This document shows, one piece after another, positions 52,194 to 64,000 of a stretch of 64,000 bases of DNA (position 1 is its first letter; the number at the start of each line of letters is the position of its first letter). The stretch covers positions 37,138,001-37,202,000 of the forward strand of contig OX597818.1 in the NCBI GenBank assembly GCA_951406725.2, given 5' to 3'. The DNA is from Octopus vulgaris (Eukaryota). Made by a program: the position numbers and the translations under genes. The notes below the pieces were generated by a model. That model worked only from the letters and a program-made list of their open reading frames with translations. It did not search any database and was not told where the DNA came from.

Positions 52194-53248
52194 TCGTTTT
52201 ATCGTATCTCGCAGTCTCTCTTTCAAAATTGTCCCAAGTCGTGAACGTTTACGTCACTTTGGCCAAGTGTCTAACCAAGCTTTATGAATGAAATTGGAAT
52301 GACAGAAACTTTGCTGAAGTTCATGAGATGGATTGTACGTGTAATTCAAAGAGCCAGCCTCATCGCACAGATTCTGCTTGAAAGATTGACTTGTGAGATC
52401 ATGCATCGTCGTGACGTACCAGCAGATGGTTCTTACTCTATTTGTATAAAGTCATTGACTGGCGGTTCAGTTCGCCCTCTGTTCGATTCTGGCACAAAAC
52501 GTTAAGCCACGAAAATTACGAAATATCGGTATCCATCGCTCCTAGATGGGACTAGGGGAGAGTTGTCTCTCTCGTCTATGACTTTCAGGTGTTGTAACAC
52601 CAAGTGCTTTGGGGGAGTCGTCCCCAGACCGTTGTACGACAGCGGACCAGTGAACAAGCAGAACACATGCGTTAAGTCTGTGCGGTCGATAACACACACA
52701 CGCTCGCACAGAAAGATAGGCTAATTGGATTAAAACAACTAGAGGCATTAAAGTATATACTGGGACACATGTGTCTCTGGTGCATAAGCACGGGCAGAAT
52801 TTTCAGCTGCATGCCAAATGAACACAACATCGAATTTGCTTACTCCTACACACATCCGCGCTCGCGCGAAATAGAATGGTGTGTAAAATTAGGTTTTAAT
52901 TTTCTTTGGAATTTGAATTTCTTCTCTTTGGGTTCTAGTTATACTAGAGCGAAGCTCATCAACAAAGTCAAACTCATTCAAGCTTTGTGTGTGTGTGTGT
53001 TTATATATATATATATATATATATATCACACCTAAAAAAAATCGGCCTGATTGCATTCTCAAAAAGCTGTGTGTGTGATTTTTCATTAGTGCACAGAAGA
53101 TGAAATTTTTCTCGTATTGAAGGTGATCATTTAGGCTCTTACTTAAGGATTTCTCCTAACCTCTCTCCGTTTTTTGCAGCTTCGAACGCAAAGAGTCAAA
53201 CATAGTATCTTGTCCTGCGCTCTAACTTTCCACCAATCCGCTACCATG

Positions 53249-53586
53249 TGAAGGCGCATGGCTCAGTGGTTAGAGCGTCGAGCTTACGATCGTGCGGTTG
53301 TGAGCTCGAATCCCGGACCGGGCTGCGTGTTGTGTTCTTGAGCAAGACACTTTATTTCACGGTTGCTCCAGTTCACTCGGCTGTATAAATGAGTTGCGAC
53401 GTTACAGGTGCCAAGCAATATCGGCCTTTGCAATTCCCTTGGATAACACTGGTGGCGTGGAGAGGGGAGGCCGGTATGCATGGGCGACTGCTGGTCTTCC
53501 ATAAACAACCTTGCCCGGACTTGTGCCTGGGAGAGTAACTTTCTAGGTGCAATCCCATGGCCTGTGTCGTGACCAAAGGAGGTCTC
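53249..53586 (+). mobile_element. tRNA-derived CORE-like SINE family D
   Basis: Head TGGCTCAGTGGTTAGAGCG...ACG...TCGAATCCC; core TTGTGTTCTTGAGCAAGACACTTTATTTCAC...GTATAAATG. Confidence 0.85.
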
Positions 53587-53679
53587 AGAATCCGCTACCT
53601 TGGACTGCTACTTCCCTTATCGATCCCAAAATGATGACAAGTAATGCTGACATATCCTACAACATATTCAATCCTTTCA

Positions 53680-55105
53680 TACTGGTTTCAAATTTTGTGG
53701 GGAGACGTCTAGTCGATTACATTGACCCCCAGTGCCCAACTGGTACTTATTTTGTCGACTTCGTCTGAATTTAAATTCAGAATGTAAAGACGGACGAAAG
53801 ATCTTTTTTCGAAAAAAAAGAAAACGGTTAGTCTTATACGCCATCAAATATATTTGTACATGGATGTACAAAAGGATGGAGGGATGGAAGGGAGACTTGA
53901 CCTCAGTAGAATATGTTCGAACCCGGTAAATAATAGAACGTAGCTAAACACTGTATTCTACCATCCACTGATCCTTTCCCCTCTTCCAATAATGATGATA
54001 ATGTTCTTTCTTTACGACGCTGCAAGGCCACAACATTTATGGGTGAAAGAAGGTGGTCGATTTTATCGACCCTTCCCCTGTACTGCACTGATGAAATTCA
54101 AAATCGATTCTGGTATGATTTCAACTCATAATATACATGAGCCAAATTAAATATTGTAAAGCATTTCTTCAAAGTCTTTATGTTCTGAGTTCAAATCCTG
54201 CCGAGGTCAACCTTCTTTCTCTGCATCGGAGTGGGTTTAATCGACTAACCTTCCCCACTTCCAATTTTAGACCCTCTGCCTATATTAGAAACAACTATTT
54301 TGGATGGTGGATCAGCAGTGTGTAATCGAGTGTTCTCTTACCCTGCCAGTCCTTGTATCTGTTAAAACAGAGACATGAATACTGTAGCATCGTGAACTAA
54401 CAAACGACGATGAGACATGATTGTTTTTATTATTATTATTAATCATTCTAAGGCAGCGAGCTGGCAGAATCGTTAGCACGCCGGGCGAAATGCGTACCCG
54501 TATTTCGTCTGTCGTTAGGTTCTGAGTTCAAATTCCGCCGAGGTCGACTTTGCCTTTAATCCTTTCGGGTCGATAAATTAAGTACCACTTGCGTACTGAG
54601 GTCGATCTAATCGACTGGCCCCCTCCCCAAAAATTTCGGGCCTTGTGCCTAGAGTAGAAAAGATTATTATTAGTCATTTTAATTCTTTCCTTCCATTTAT
54701 AATTTTCGGCTGTTTCGAATTTTTTGAACTACATGACAATTTCTGAAATAGTATCTTGTATCAAAACTTCATTCTCTGGGTCAAGCTGACCGTTTCAAAA
54801 ATTCAGCCTTTGTCTTTTTATCCAAAACTGAGAGAAGAAACCATCCAGAGGGCAACCCTACCAATGAGAAGAGGTCAACTATTGCTGGTAACATTAGTTT
54901 CAAATTTTGGTACAAGGCCAGCAAGTTCGGGTGAGGGGGAAAGTCGATTACATTTACGCCAATAGTCCTCTAGTACTTTATTTTATCGACCCCGGGACGA
55001 TGAAAGGCAAATTCGACCTCGGCCAAATTTGAACCCGGAACGTGAAAACGAACGAAATGCCTCCAAGCATTTTGCCCGGTGTGCTAACGATCTTCAAGCT
55101 CACCT
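53680..55105. mobile_element. Cluster of SINE A copies in both orientations (53680-53810 -, 54020-54170 -, 54178-54295 +, 54451-54672 + full length, 54895-55105 -)
   Basis: Matches to family A. The 54451 copy is flanked by ATTATTATTA(A/G)TCATT duplications. Confidence 0.8.
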
Positions 55106-55386
55106 TTGTTGCAGGTAATATTCCCTGATAATCAAGCTGCTATTTTTATTCGGGACAACTAAGTGAGCTGATGCAATAGCCAATACAGTATGTTTTTCCC
55201 ATAAACACAAAAGAAACTTCTTCAGCTGATTTGAGCTCATTACTCATAAGTTGGTTCTTCAATAACTTACCCAGTCAGTCTTTTTCGCCTCCGCTATTAT
55301 CCTTTTGACAATACACCTTTTTATTCCGGCAACATAAGTACGTTTTGAATATGTGCAAAGTGTTTCTCGTGAATCTGGTTGATACC

Positions 55387-55803
55387 TATTTCTTTACTAC
55401 CCACAAGGGGCTAAACAAAGAGAGGACAAACAAGGACAGACAAATGGATTAAGTCGATTATATCGACCCCAGTGCGTAACTGGTACTTATTTAATCGACC
55501 CCGAAAGGATGAAAGGCAAAGTCGACCTCGGCGGAATTTGAACTCAGAACGTAGCGGCAGGCGAAATACCTAATTCTTTATTACCCACAAGGGGCTAAAC
55601 ACAGAGGGGACAAACAAGGACAGACATAGGTATTAAGTCGATTACATCGACCCCAGTGCGTAACTGGTACTTAATTTAATCGACTCCGAAAGGATGAAAG
55701 GCAAAGTCGACCTCGGCGGAATTTGAACTCAGAACGTAGCGGCAGACGAAATACCGCTAAGCATTTCGCCCGGCGTGCTAACGTTTCTACCAGCTCGTCG
55801 CCT
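55387..55803 (-). mobile_element. SINE A head plus two tandem bodies, 10-bp TSD
   Basis: TSD GGTTGATACC at 55377-55386 and 55804-55813. Internal junction at AATACC 55565-55570. Confidence 0.92.
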
Positions 55804-56747
55804 GGTTGATACCGTTCATACTGAAGACTAATGTCATATATGGAGAGAGTTCAAATCACCATATTCTACACCATATTAGCCATTGTGTACAGGAAGTTGG
55901 ACTGGTTTACACGCACACTTCATCTGCCTTTAAAAACAAATCATTAGCTTATAACCACAATTTCATTCTTAGTCTCTCTTTCTCTACCTATATGGACACA
56001 CCAACCAAATGTATGGTTCAAAGTAGATACAAGAGTACATCTCTTTCAGTCGGCTGCATCCCTGCCCACTAATCAGGCCTTCAGTTACTTTTTCGGCTTT
56101 TGCAATATGAGTGTATGAACCTAATCAGTCTGAAATATCTTGTGACGAAATACAGCTAATATAACAATTACATATCTAAGCGGTGGAGCTGTATCTGATA
56201 GAGTTAATTCAGAAGTGTGTTAAGATGTGTTGGTAAGGTGCCCGACGTATGCGTTGCAAGGCCCTGCACGTTGAATGAAAAGCTTTCTAGAAACATATCT
56301 GAAACGTTATATTTTATTCTCATGACATGTTTCACCTTTTGGGGATTTTATAAATAAATATATCGTCTCGTGAATACAGAGTTATAATCAGACACGTGCC
56401 GTGAGTAAATACTCGTGATAGGCAGTAGGCATTAAGAAAATTGTCAACAAATGACCTTATCGCTATGAGACATTTTTTCAGAAATAGTTTGACAGCGAAA
56501 AGAAATATTTACTCAAAACTAATAAAACATGATAGATATTATATATTTGTATTTTTATATCGTTGTATTTAGACACGCGTATATATATACATATATGTGT
56601 GCGTGTGTTTTACTATTGCATACATCCGGCAAGTGCAAACTTTTTCGAGAAGTTGGTCGCATGAGGTATGGTTCATATGCATCAGACGAGCGGCACTACT
56701 TGAAAAAAAAATTCAGTGTAATTTTTCGTTGGCGTGCTATTCAGTAC

Positions 56748-56898
56748 GGATCTTTTCGGTTTGAACAGCAGTTTTTTCTAGCAGGTGTCATATAAAATTG
56801 TCAGCCATAATTATGACCCTAGAATCGATTTATTGCATTTCAATTTCTTTTAGGGTTAGAAACTATGTTAAAAACTGCCGTTCAAACCGAAAAGATCC
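56748..56898 (-). mobile_element. Merlin-like MITE copy 4, internally deleted
   Basis: Both TIRs present; TSD TTCAGTAC/TTCAGTAA. The deletion breakpoint is at the TTAGGGTTAG tract. Confidence 0.85.
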
Positions 56899-57813
56899 TT
56901 CAGTAAAAGTCTTGTGGGCTGCAGTTTGATCATGACTGATATAGATAGATTCGCAACAAAATCTCTGAAATTCAGCTCAGTCACCGGGAACACGTGTACA
57001 ACACAGCAGAGCACTACTAAAACATCCTGAAAGCACTGTTCTTTCTTATTCAACCCGGACACTTACACAAAACTAATTGCAACTTTAGTAGCCTCACTCG
57101 CCTCCATAAACAGCTACTGGGATGCGCACCAGAGGAGCAGTAACGACTGAGCTGTGACAAAGGTCACATTGCCCACCTCCTCTGTCGCCACTAACAGATT
57201 CTATGAGAGTACAGAACTAGAATTGCCAGCAGGGAAAGGGCAGTGTGATAAGACTCCATACAGTTATTTACCACTGCATGTTGGATTGTGCAGTTGTGGT
57301 CCTCAACTAAGCGGAAACCTGGTATAAATGGCAAGGTGGATCTGTGGGTTGCATTTCTTCGTTTGGCCGGCAACTTGCTCAGAGTTGACCATGGGCTACT
57401 AGACGGCCTTTCGACATACTAGAAATAGCAGCCAAATCCCCTTCGATTTCACCACACTGCTTTAGAAAGGAATGTAATCTTTTTTTTATTATATTGGCCA
57501 GTGCAATGCAAGTTATGCTATTACTAGAAGTCGGGATTGGCACGGCTGGAATGCATTTAGTCATCGAGTTGCTCAATCAGGACTGATTTTTGGTAAAACA
57601 GTACACACCTCTCTTTGTAATGACATTGAGCGCAAGCATATATCATCTTGTTCAGTTTTATGTTTGTTTCATTTGGGGTTGGTTGAAAAAAGGTTTGCTA
57701 ACATAAAAATAGTGAACCACTTATTAAATTTATACACTGAATTTCATGAACTGGATTAGACATTTTCATAACAAATTGAAACTCATTTATTTATTTTTTT
57801 ATTAATATTATTT

Positions 57814-58214
57814 AGTCGTAGGAGTGGCTGCGTGGTAAGTAGCTTGCTCACCAACTACATGGTTCTGGTTTCAGTTCCACTGCGTGGCACTTTGGGCAAG
57901 TGTCTTCTACTATAGCCTCGGGCCGACCAAAGCCTTGTGAGTGGATTTGGTAGATGGAAATTGAACGAAGCCCGTCGTATATATGTATATATATATATGT
58001 GTGTGTATGTTTGTGTGTCTGTGTTTCTCCCCCGACCATCGCTTGACAACCGATGCTGGTGTGTTTACGTCCCCGTAACTTAGTGGTTCGGCGAAAGAGA
58101 CCGATGGAAGAAGTACTAGACTTACAAAGAATAAGTCCTGGAGTCGATTTCCTCGACTAAAAGGCGGTGCTCCAGCATGATCACAGTCAAATGACTGAAA
58201 CAAGTAAAGGAGTA
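57814..58214 (+). mobile_element. SINE family B, full length
   Basis: Matches other copies. Confidence 0.9.
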
Positions 58215-58799
58215 GTCGGGTAGGAGGCACTGCCTACTCTGCCACAACCAGACATCTCATACATATACAGACGATAGACATTTGCTCGTATGCTTATACA
58301 CACACACACACACATATATATATACAGATATACACGTGTGTGTGTGTTCTTATGAATAGTTGAAAAGGCAACCGGTTTATAATGCCCTACCCAATCAAGG
58401 TTACTTCTTTTCTTCCAGAACCAGATTATTCAATATAATGATTATACATTAGGTTACTCGAAAATAAGTTAAATCAAGTCGAATGCAAGCAGTTTATTTT
58501 CGAGGGTAAAACAAAATAATTTCAGTGCATGATATTCTTTTGTAAAGTTTCGGCATTATTTGACGTTTAATTTTTGCAAAAATCAACTTGAGTCTTTTAC
58601 ACAACCCACCTCTCTCTCTCTCTCTCTCTCTCCTCTTTCTCTCTCTCTCGCTTCCATCTTTGATGCTACCAGTTTGCCTCTCTATTCCTCTTTGTCTTTC
58701 GTGTTACGGAAGAAATAACATGCTGTGAAGAGAGCATAGAACTCTACTGACGAAATCACATTTTGTTGTTTGAAGCCGGTTTTTACTTATTTTCATTTA

Positions 58800-59757
58800 A
58801 TATTTTCTTAAATAGACTTACTCGGTTTTTGCAGAAGTTTGGCTTGACATAGAAACCGCATGTTTGAGGGTGAGAAGGCAGTAAATGTGGGAGGCAGCAG
58901 TCAGATAAATATATAAGAGAGAAGAAGGTGAGGAGTGCGATATAGCTAAGTGAAACACTGTGTTTTGTTAAATTTAGAGAGAACTGTGCAAAGAGAGAGA
59001 AGACTGTGCAGAGAGAGAGAAGGGGGGGAGCACAACTCGTGACTGGTTTCTCAGAATCTAGCACACTGTGATCAATAGGTTACATAAATTTGTATCAGTA
59101 TATAAACACAACCTTTCCTACCGGTTTATACACCTTACACATCAGCAAGAGGCACTCGCAGCTGTGTGTATGTATGTATATGTTGTGTGCTCAGTCGATT
59201 TAATTGTGGCTAAATTCTTTGAAATTTCAAATTCTCCGTCCTTCCAAAGACTGCTATTTGCGGAGGTGTTGTTGGGAGAAAATTTTAGGAATCTGATTTT
59301 GGAAAGAGAAAAGAAATGTCTCTATCGTACTTGTTGCTTTTTTTCTTTTTTCTTTATTTTTCCTTTGTGTGTTTTAACTCTAAAATTATAGTTTTTTTCT
59401 GTTTAATAAATGAAAAGATAACTTGTTAAATTTCTTTCGTTTTTTGTTTCTCCAAGGTTTTATATAGTTCGTATTTATTATAATAATGTGACTAAACTTG
59501 GCATTGGTAACTTAAATTCAAACTACCTTAATAGCTTGTAATGCTTATTCTTTACGAAAGAATTGTGTGTGTGTGTGTGTGCGTTTTTAATTCATTCGCC
59601 AATGTTGTGGTGCAGAATTATTTCCCCAAGTTGTTGACAAGCAGTCAGTCATCCGTAATGGTCTTCTTACTTTTGTGTGTTTTTGTAGAAAGTCTATCTG
59701 TGTGTGAGGTTTTCCCCCCCTCCTCGCACCGTAGTATGTCGGTAATTTGAACAGAAA
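58800..59757 (+). promoter_or_regulatory. Candidate promoter and 5' UTR upstream of the putative first coding exon
   Basis: TE-free, TATA-like ATATATAAG near 58908, GA-rich tracts, and TCAGT initiator-like motifs (for example 59191 and 59645). Confidence 0.3.
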
Positions 59758-59786
59758 ATGGCTGCTGTATCTGCTGTTGTCCGGAG
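59758..59786 (+). CDS. Candidate first coding exon (MAAVSAVVR, phase-2 donor) of an unidentified gene
   Basis: AAAATGG strong start context, open frame, and donor AG|GTACGT at 59787 followed by pyrimidine-rich intron-like sequence. Too short to identify. Confidence 0.4.
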
Positions 59787-61699
59787 GTACGTCAGCTGAT
59801 TATCCTCATCCGCCGCTTCCGCCATCGCCGCCGTTCTCTTCTTATAATAATGTGTACCATCTTGTCGCTTTCGGAATAGCAGACACTCCAACTCCTCCGA
59901 CTTCCCTCCATCATCATCTTCTTCACCCTCGCCCACCGCAATTTTCATTGCTCCTTATTTCATCTGTTTATATTATTAAGGTTTGGTTATATTTGGTAGC
60001 TTCAGTTTTTGTTATGGTTGTGCGAGAGTGGAGGGGGGAAGTTCTCTGTCTCTTTTTTTTTTTTTTTCCCTCTCTCCTTTTCACTCTGCTGCTGTTCGTT
60101 TTATTAGATACTCTCCCTACACAAACTATGCTAAAATCTTGCTCTCTCTCTCTCTCGTTGCCCCTTTCTCGTTAAGACTATTTTAATTTTTGAAACCACT
60201 TTCCTTTTTCTTTTTTAATCCATTAAGCTTAAAATAATTGTTCAGCATACCATCTTCATTAAATCCTTAATAACCTCATTTTAACTACTATCTCGACCTC
60301 TGAATTGATAGTTATCGCTATATTTATTGGATTTCCTCTTGCTATTGTAATTTCTAGACTTGGTAGAAGGTTAACTGTATTAAATATTCAGCTTTTCGTT
60401 GTTTTATTGTGGCTATCCCAATTTACTACTCGCCGATTTATCGTTCGTTATTTCAAGCCTATAATTCTGTTAAGTGCATAAAGAACTTCTTACGTACGCA
60501 ACAAGTTCAATTCGAATAAACTGAAAGTGGTTAGAAATTAGAAAAGGGCTAGTGTTGCTTGCTTGACTCTGTCACGTGTGATTTGTATACAAACTCCAGG
60601 TTAGCAACAAGCTAACTCGGCGCACTTCGCTTTTTTTTATTGGGCGAGGTTGAGGTGAGGCAGGTTGGGGGTGGTAAACCCGCTTGTTTCCACCTCTGCT
60701 AAGTTATTCTGAAAGACATTACTTTCTCGGTGGTAAAGATGCTAACTGCACTGTGACCCTTAAAAAAAATGTTATACTCTGTACGGACAAGTAAGTGTAT
60801 TTTTCCGGAAAACGTTCCAAATGACCCCCCCCCCCTTAAAACATTTCTGACTTCCTTTCCAGTACTAACGTTGAACGAAAGGAAACATTTAAATATATGC
60901 TTAATAATTTAATGTTCTGTCTCCTATATTCCGCGCTTGTTAATTAGATGGATTTCCGGTGTCGGAAGGGCGCTATTCCTGTCTGCTTTTGTTTTTATCT
61001 CCATTTTTGTGTGTTGCTGTTTTCTTTCTTTTCTACGTGTTTTATTATTATTATTATTGGTATTCTTATTATTTTATGCTGTTGTTAGTCTTCTTTACAC
61101 GCCAAACCCTCGCAACACATACATACATACATTCTTTGTTTTGTCGTGTATTATCCATAATGCTTTAATGTAAACCCCTTGTGCTTAATATAACGCTTCG
61201 TTGACTGATAGTTCGATTTTATGGACACAAAAATAATAATATACGTAACATAAATTGCAAAATTTCATGATTACTGAATAAGCATATCTTAGTTTGTTTT
61301 GTATTGTTTTTTTTTTTTCATCCTGATCTATTCCCATTGTTTTATGGTTTTCTGGAGGTGGGGGTCGGGTGGAGTCAGACGTTTCCAAAACTGAAATAAG
61401 AATGAAGTGATGAAAGTAAGTTGCTCTTTCTAAAATAGTTATACTGATGTTTTATAACGTGAAAATAGTGTAAAATTCGGTGGAGTCGGGGAGCGTTATT
61501 AAATAACTAATGTAGTAATGTGGAATACCTGCTTTTTGCACTCTTGTTCTGTTCGTGGAAGATTTGCTATTATGGTGATTTCCCCCCCTCCACTCCATCC
61601 TCTATTCTTCTCTCTCATATGTATATAAATTTAAGATGATATAAAAGCTTTCCTCTCCCCCCCTTCCTCCATCGCTTCTATCTAATACCGGTGCGAGAT

Positions 61700-61980
61700 G
61701 GCTGGAACTGTTGGAATGTGGTAGCAGCGACGGCGGCGATGCCAGCGAGATGCATGTAATACTTTTCTTTTGTAACCACTGCATAGAACAACCAATCAAT
61801 CTCAACATAGCAACAGCCGAGCAGCCAATCAGATTGGTTGCCCGTCAGCATCGCTTGGTGACATGTTGCCCGCTTCCAGCTGCTACCAACACTAGGCTTG
61901 TTGTCATAGCTGTAATAACTCTGGGTACCTGCTGTCAGCAGCTCACATGATGGAAGCTACAGCTATTATTTATCTAGTTG
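61700..61980. promoter_or_regulatory. Candidate cis-regulatory module (three CCAAT boxes, RFX-like half sites, E-boxes)
   Basis: ACCAATCA 61791, GCCAATCA about 61823, ATTGGTT about 61833, CATAGCAAC about 61807, CAGCTG and CACATG. Locally GC-rich. Confidence 0.35.
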
Positions 61981-63472
61981 GTCCTCTCTCGTTCTATCTC
62001 TCTCTCTCTCTCTCCAACTCTTCCAGAGATCCAAGGTGTATGCAAATGTATGCTAATGTAGGATATGCTATATTTCAGCAGCATATTTGATTCAATATTA
62101 GATCTTAACAGTCGACTCAATAAAACCATATATTTTTTTTTAATTTTCTTCTTTTTTTTTTCTACGAATATTTGGCAACATTTCGTTCGTGCTTTTTCAG
62201 CATTTGTCCTTGCTTTATCTCTCGCTGAATGTATTACTTACTAATCAAAGTTCTTCAGTATTCTTCAAATTTTCCAGCAGATCCGATATAACATATATAT
62301 ATATATATATATATATTCCTCATTAAGTTTCCACAACCCAGAATTTCAGTAGTATCAAAATTTCTAATTTATTTTCTGCCCCCCACCTTTTTTTTTATTA
62401 TATATATCAAGAAATGAGTAAGCTCTTGTACAAGTTTCTCTGTTCGCCTCCTGCCTTCATTTGCTGTGTTATTATACTCATACCATTTCTACCAAAATAC
62501 TTTCAATTCAAAATTTTAATTGGACCAGATTTTAGAATACTTTGTAAATTATATCTTACCATTTTTTTTTCATTAATTTTATTTATTTTTACATTTGATA
62601 TGTTAACATATCCAGAGTAAAAATTTATTGATAAATTCTAATCTGCTTAACATAAAAAGTTCGTTAATAACTGCATTTGATTGGGAGTTTTCCTTCCTTT
62701 AATTTTGACTTGAAAACTGATAGATTTAGGAAATTTTCAATCAACTAAGAATTTTCTGCATATGCTTCTCTGCACATCACCCCTTAACTTCTATCTGTTG
62801 CCCTAACTCATTTATTTTCCTTACCTCATTTCATTTATTTACCTTATTTTTATAAGGTAAAATTAGTGCTTTAACCTTTTTCTAAGTAACTGACTTTAGA
62901 ATTCACCCCATTTTACATCTACTGATGCGTATTTGTTGATTGTACAAATACTAATTTCAGCTTGGCTACTTAAAACTACTCCAAGTAATATACCAGACGT
63001 TGGGATGCATGTAGAGACGGGTTTCAAAAACAAAATTAACTTCTTTAACAGATGTTCAAAAATCCATACACCATATATATACACTGTGTGTATTTTTTAA
63101 TATTAAGTTCATTTTAAATTAAGTTTCTCGTTAGAGTGAGTCATTTAGGAATCGAGTAAAAATGTGTGTACATTATCATCACCATCATAGTCGTTTTAGT
63201 GTTCACTTGATATTATGATCATAATTGTTTCAATGTTAATTTGACCTCATTTACCAGAGTACCTAAGCATGTTACCTTTTTGGTAATTGCAGATGCTAAC
63301 AGGACTCAGGGAACTTTACTTACAATAAATCTGCAAAACGTTAAACATTATTTTTTCTTATCATATATCTCTATCAATAGTGCATTTTAAAATACTTATT
63401 GTAAATAATTGTTAATGTCAGGATTATAAATCTGGCAGGAATTTATCTGACCAGTGATATTTTATATATATC

Positions 63473-63616
63473 TTGGCGTTAGGAAGGGCATCCAGCCGTA
63501 GAAACACTGCCAGATCTGACTGGGCCTGACGAAGCCTTCCAGCTTCACAGACCCCAGTTGACCCGTCCAACCCATGCTAGCATGGAAAGCGGACGCTAAA
63601 TGATGATGATGATGAT
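63473..63616 (+). mobile_element. 3' fragment of a SINE with (GAT)n tail (V-domain-like / RTE-type tail)
   Basis: TTGGCGTTAGGAAGGGCATCCAGCCGTAGAAAC...CCCATGCTAGCATGG...(TGA)n. Confidence 0.7.
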
Positions 63617-63722
63617 TACATACAGGATGACAAAAATTAAGTAAATTGATCTTCAGGAGCAGAGTAGTTAGGAAATTAACAAATCCAATTAGAAGTCGTG
63701 TTTCTTAAACCTGTTACATTAT

Positions 63723-63877
63723 AGGCACAGGCGTGGCTGTGTGGTAAGAAGCTTGCTTCGCAACCACAAGGTTCCAGGTTCATTACCACTGTGTGGTACC
63801 TTGGGCAAATGTCTTCTACTATAGCCTCGGATTTGGTAGACAGAAACTGAAAGAAACCTGTTGTGTGTGTGTATGTG

Positions 63878-63910
<33 letters not shown>

Positions 63911-64000
63911 CTGTGTTTACCCACCATCGCTTGACAACCAATGTGGTGTGTTTGTGTCCCTGTAACTTAGCAGTTTGGTAAAAGAGACCAATAGAATAAG
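63723..64000 (+). mobile_element. SINE family B (older copy, runs off window end)
   Basis: Head, core, microsatellite and part of the 3' half match family B. Confidence 0.88.

Larger units (their letters stand above)
34460..57600 (+). repeat. Dispersed old repeat family E (about 13 fragments; CTAGAAATAGCAGCCAAAT...GGATGGTCATGGCTGGAATG...GATCAGGGCTGACCTGGGGCTAAACAAC)
   Basis: Fragments near 34460, 36820, 37130, 38320(-), 40330, 40790, 41190, 42170(-), 42870, 43150, 44140, 49713 and 57390. Coordinates give the span, not one element. Confidence 0.7.

Noticed and set aside
53150-53250. Strong-looking branch point and 3' splice site (CCTAAC...TTTTTTGCAG)
   Set aside because: Downstream sequence resembles a degraded antisense SINE and no matching donor or coding frame is evident; unsupported without RNA data.

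Overview
AT-rich, microsatellite-dense eukaryotic non-coding DNA. The SINE families are ones I recognise as typical of octopus (coleoid cephalopod) genomes; this is an inference. There is no intact protein-coding gene, and almost all supplied ORFs are microsatellite or transposon artefacts. The window is a layered transposon graveyard. It holds two decayed Helitron RepHel remnants with recognisable 3' hairpin+CTAG ends, three remnants of a restriction-like-endonuclease (R4/Dong-type) non-LTR element, and three CR1-like LINE 3' fragments. It also holds a Rex3/Expander-type RTE with a (GATG)n tail, Chapaev3 and Tc1/mariner remnants, four copies of a GG-ended 8-bp-TSD (Merlin-like) MITE (one with a nested foldback element), many tRNA-derived SINEs, and Penelope-type inverted repeats. 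One of those inverted repeats contains a near-canonical minimal hammerhead ribozyme (18521-18572). Two transposon-poor zones (about 22.4-32.3 kb and 58.3-63.4 kb) look like promoter or regulatory regions of a long plus-strand gene; a candidate 29-nt first coding exon (MAAVSAVVR) lies at 59758-59786. Most notable observations: (1) a 0.9-kb array of more than 20 IR3 nuclear-receptor-like palindromes (AGTTCAnnnTGACCT, including one perfect ERE) with freely varying spacers; (2) a SINE subfamily whose 3' junctions repeatedly fall at GGTAT, including within itself; (3) a covarying 3' stem-loop shared by one SINE family and three CR1-like LINEs; (4) the hammerhead ribozyme.
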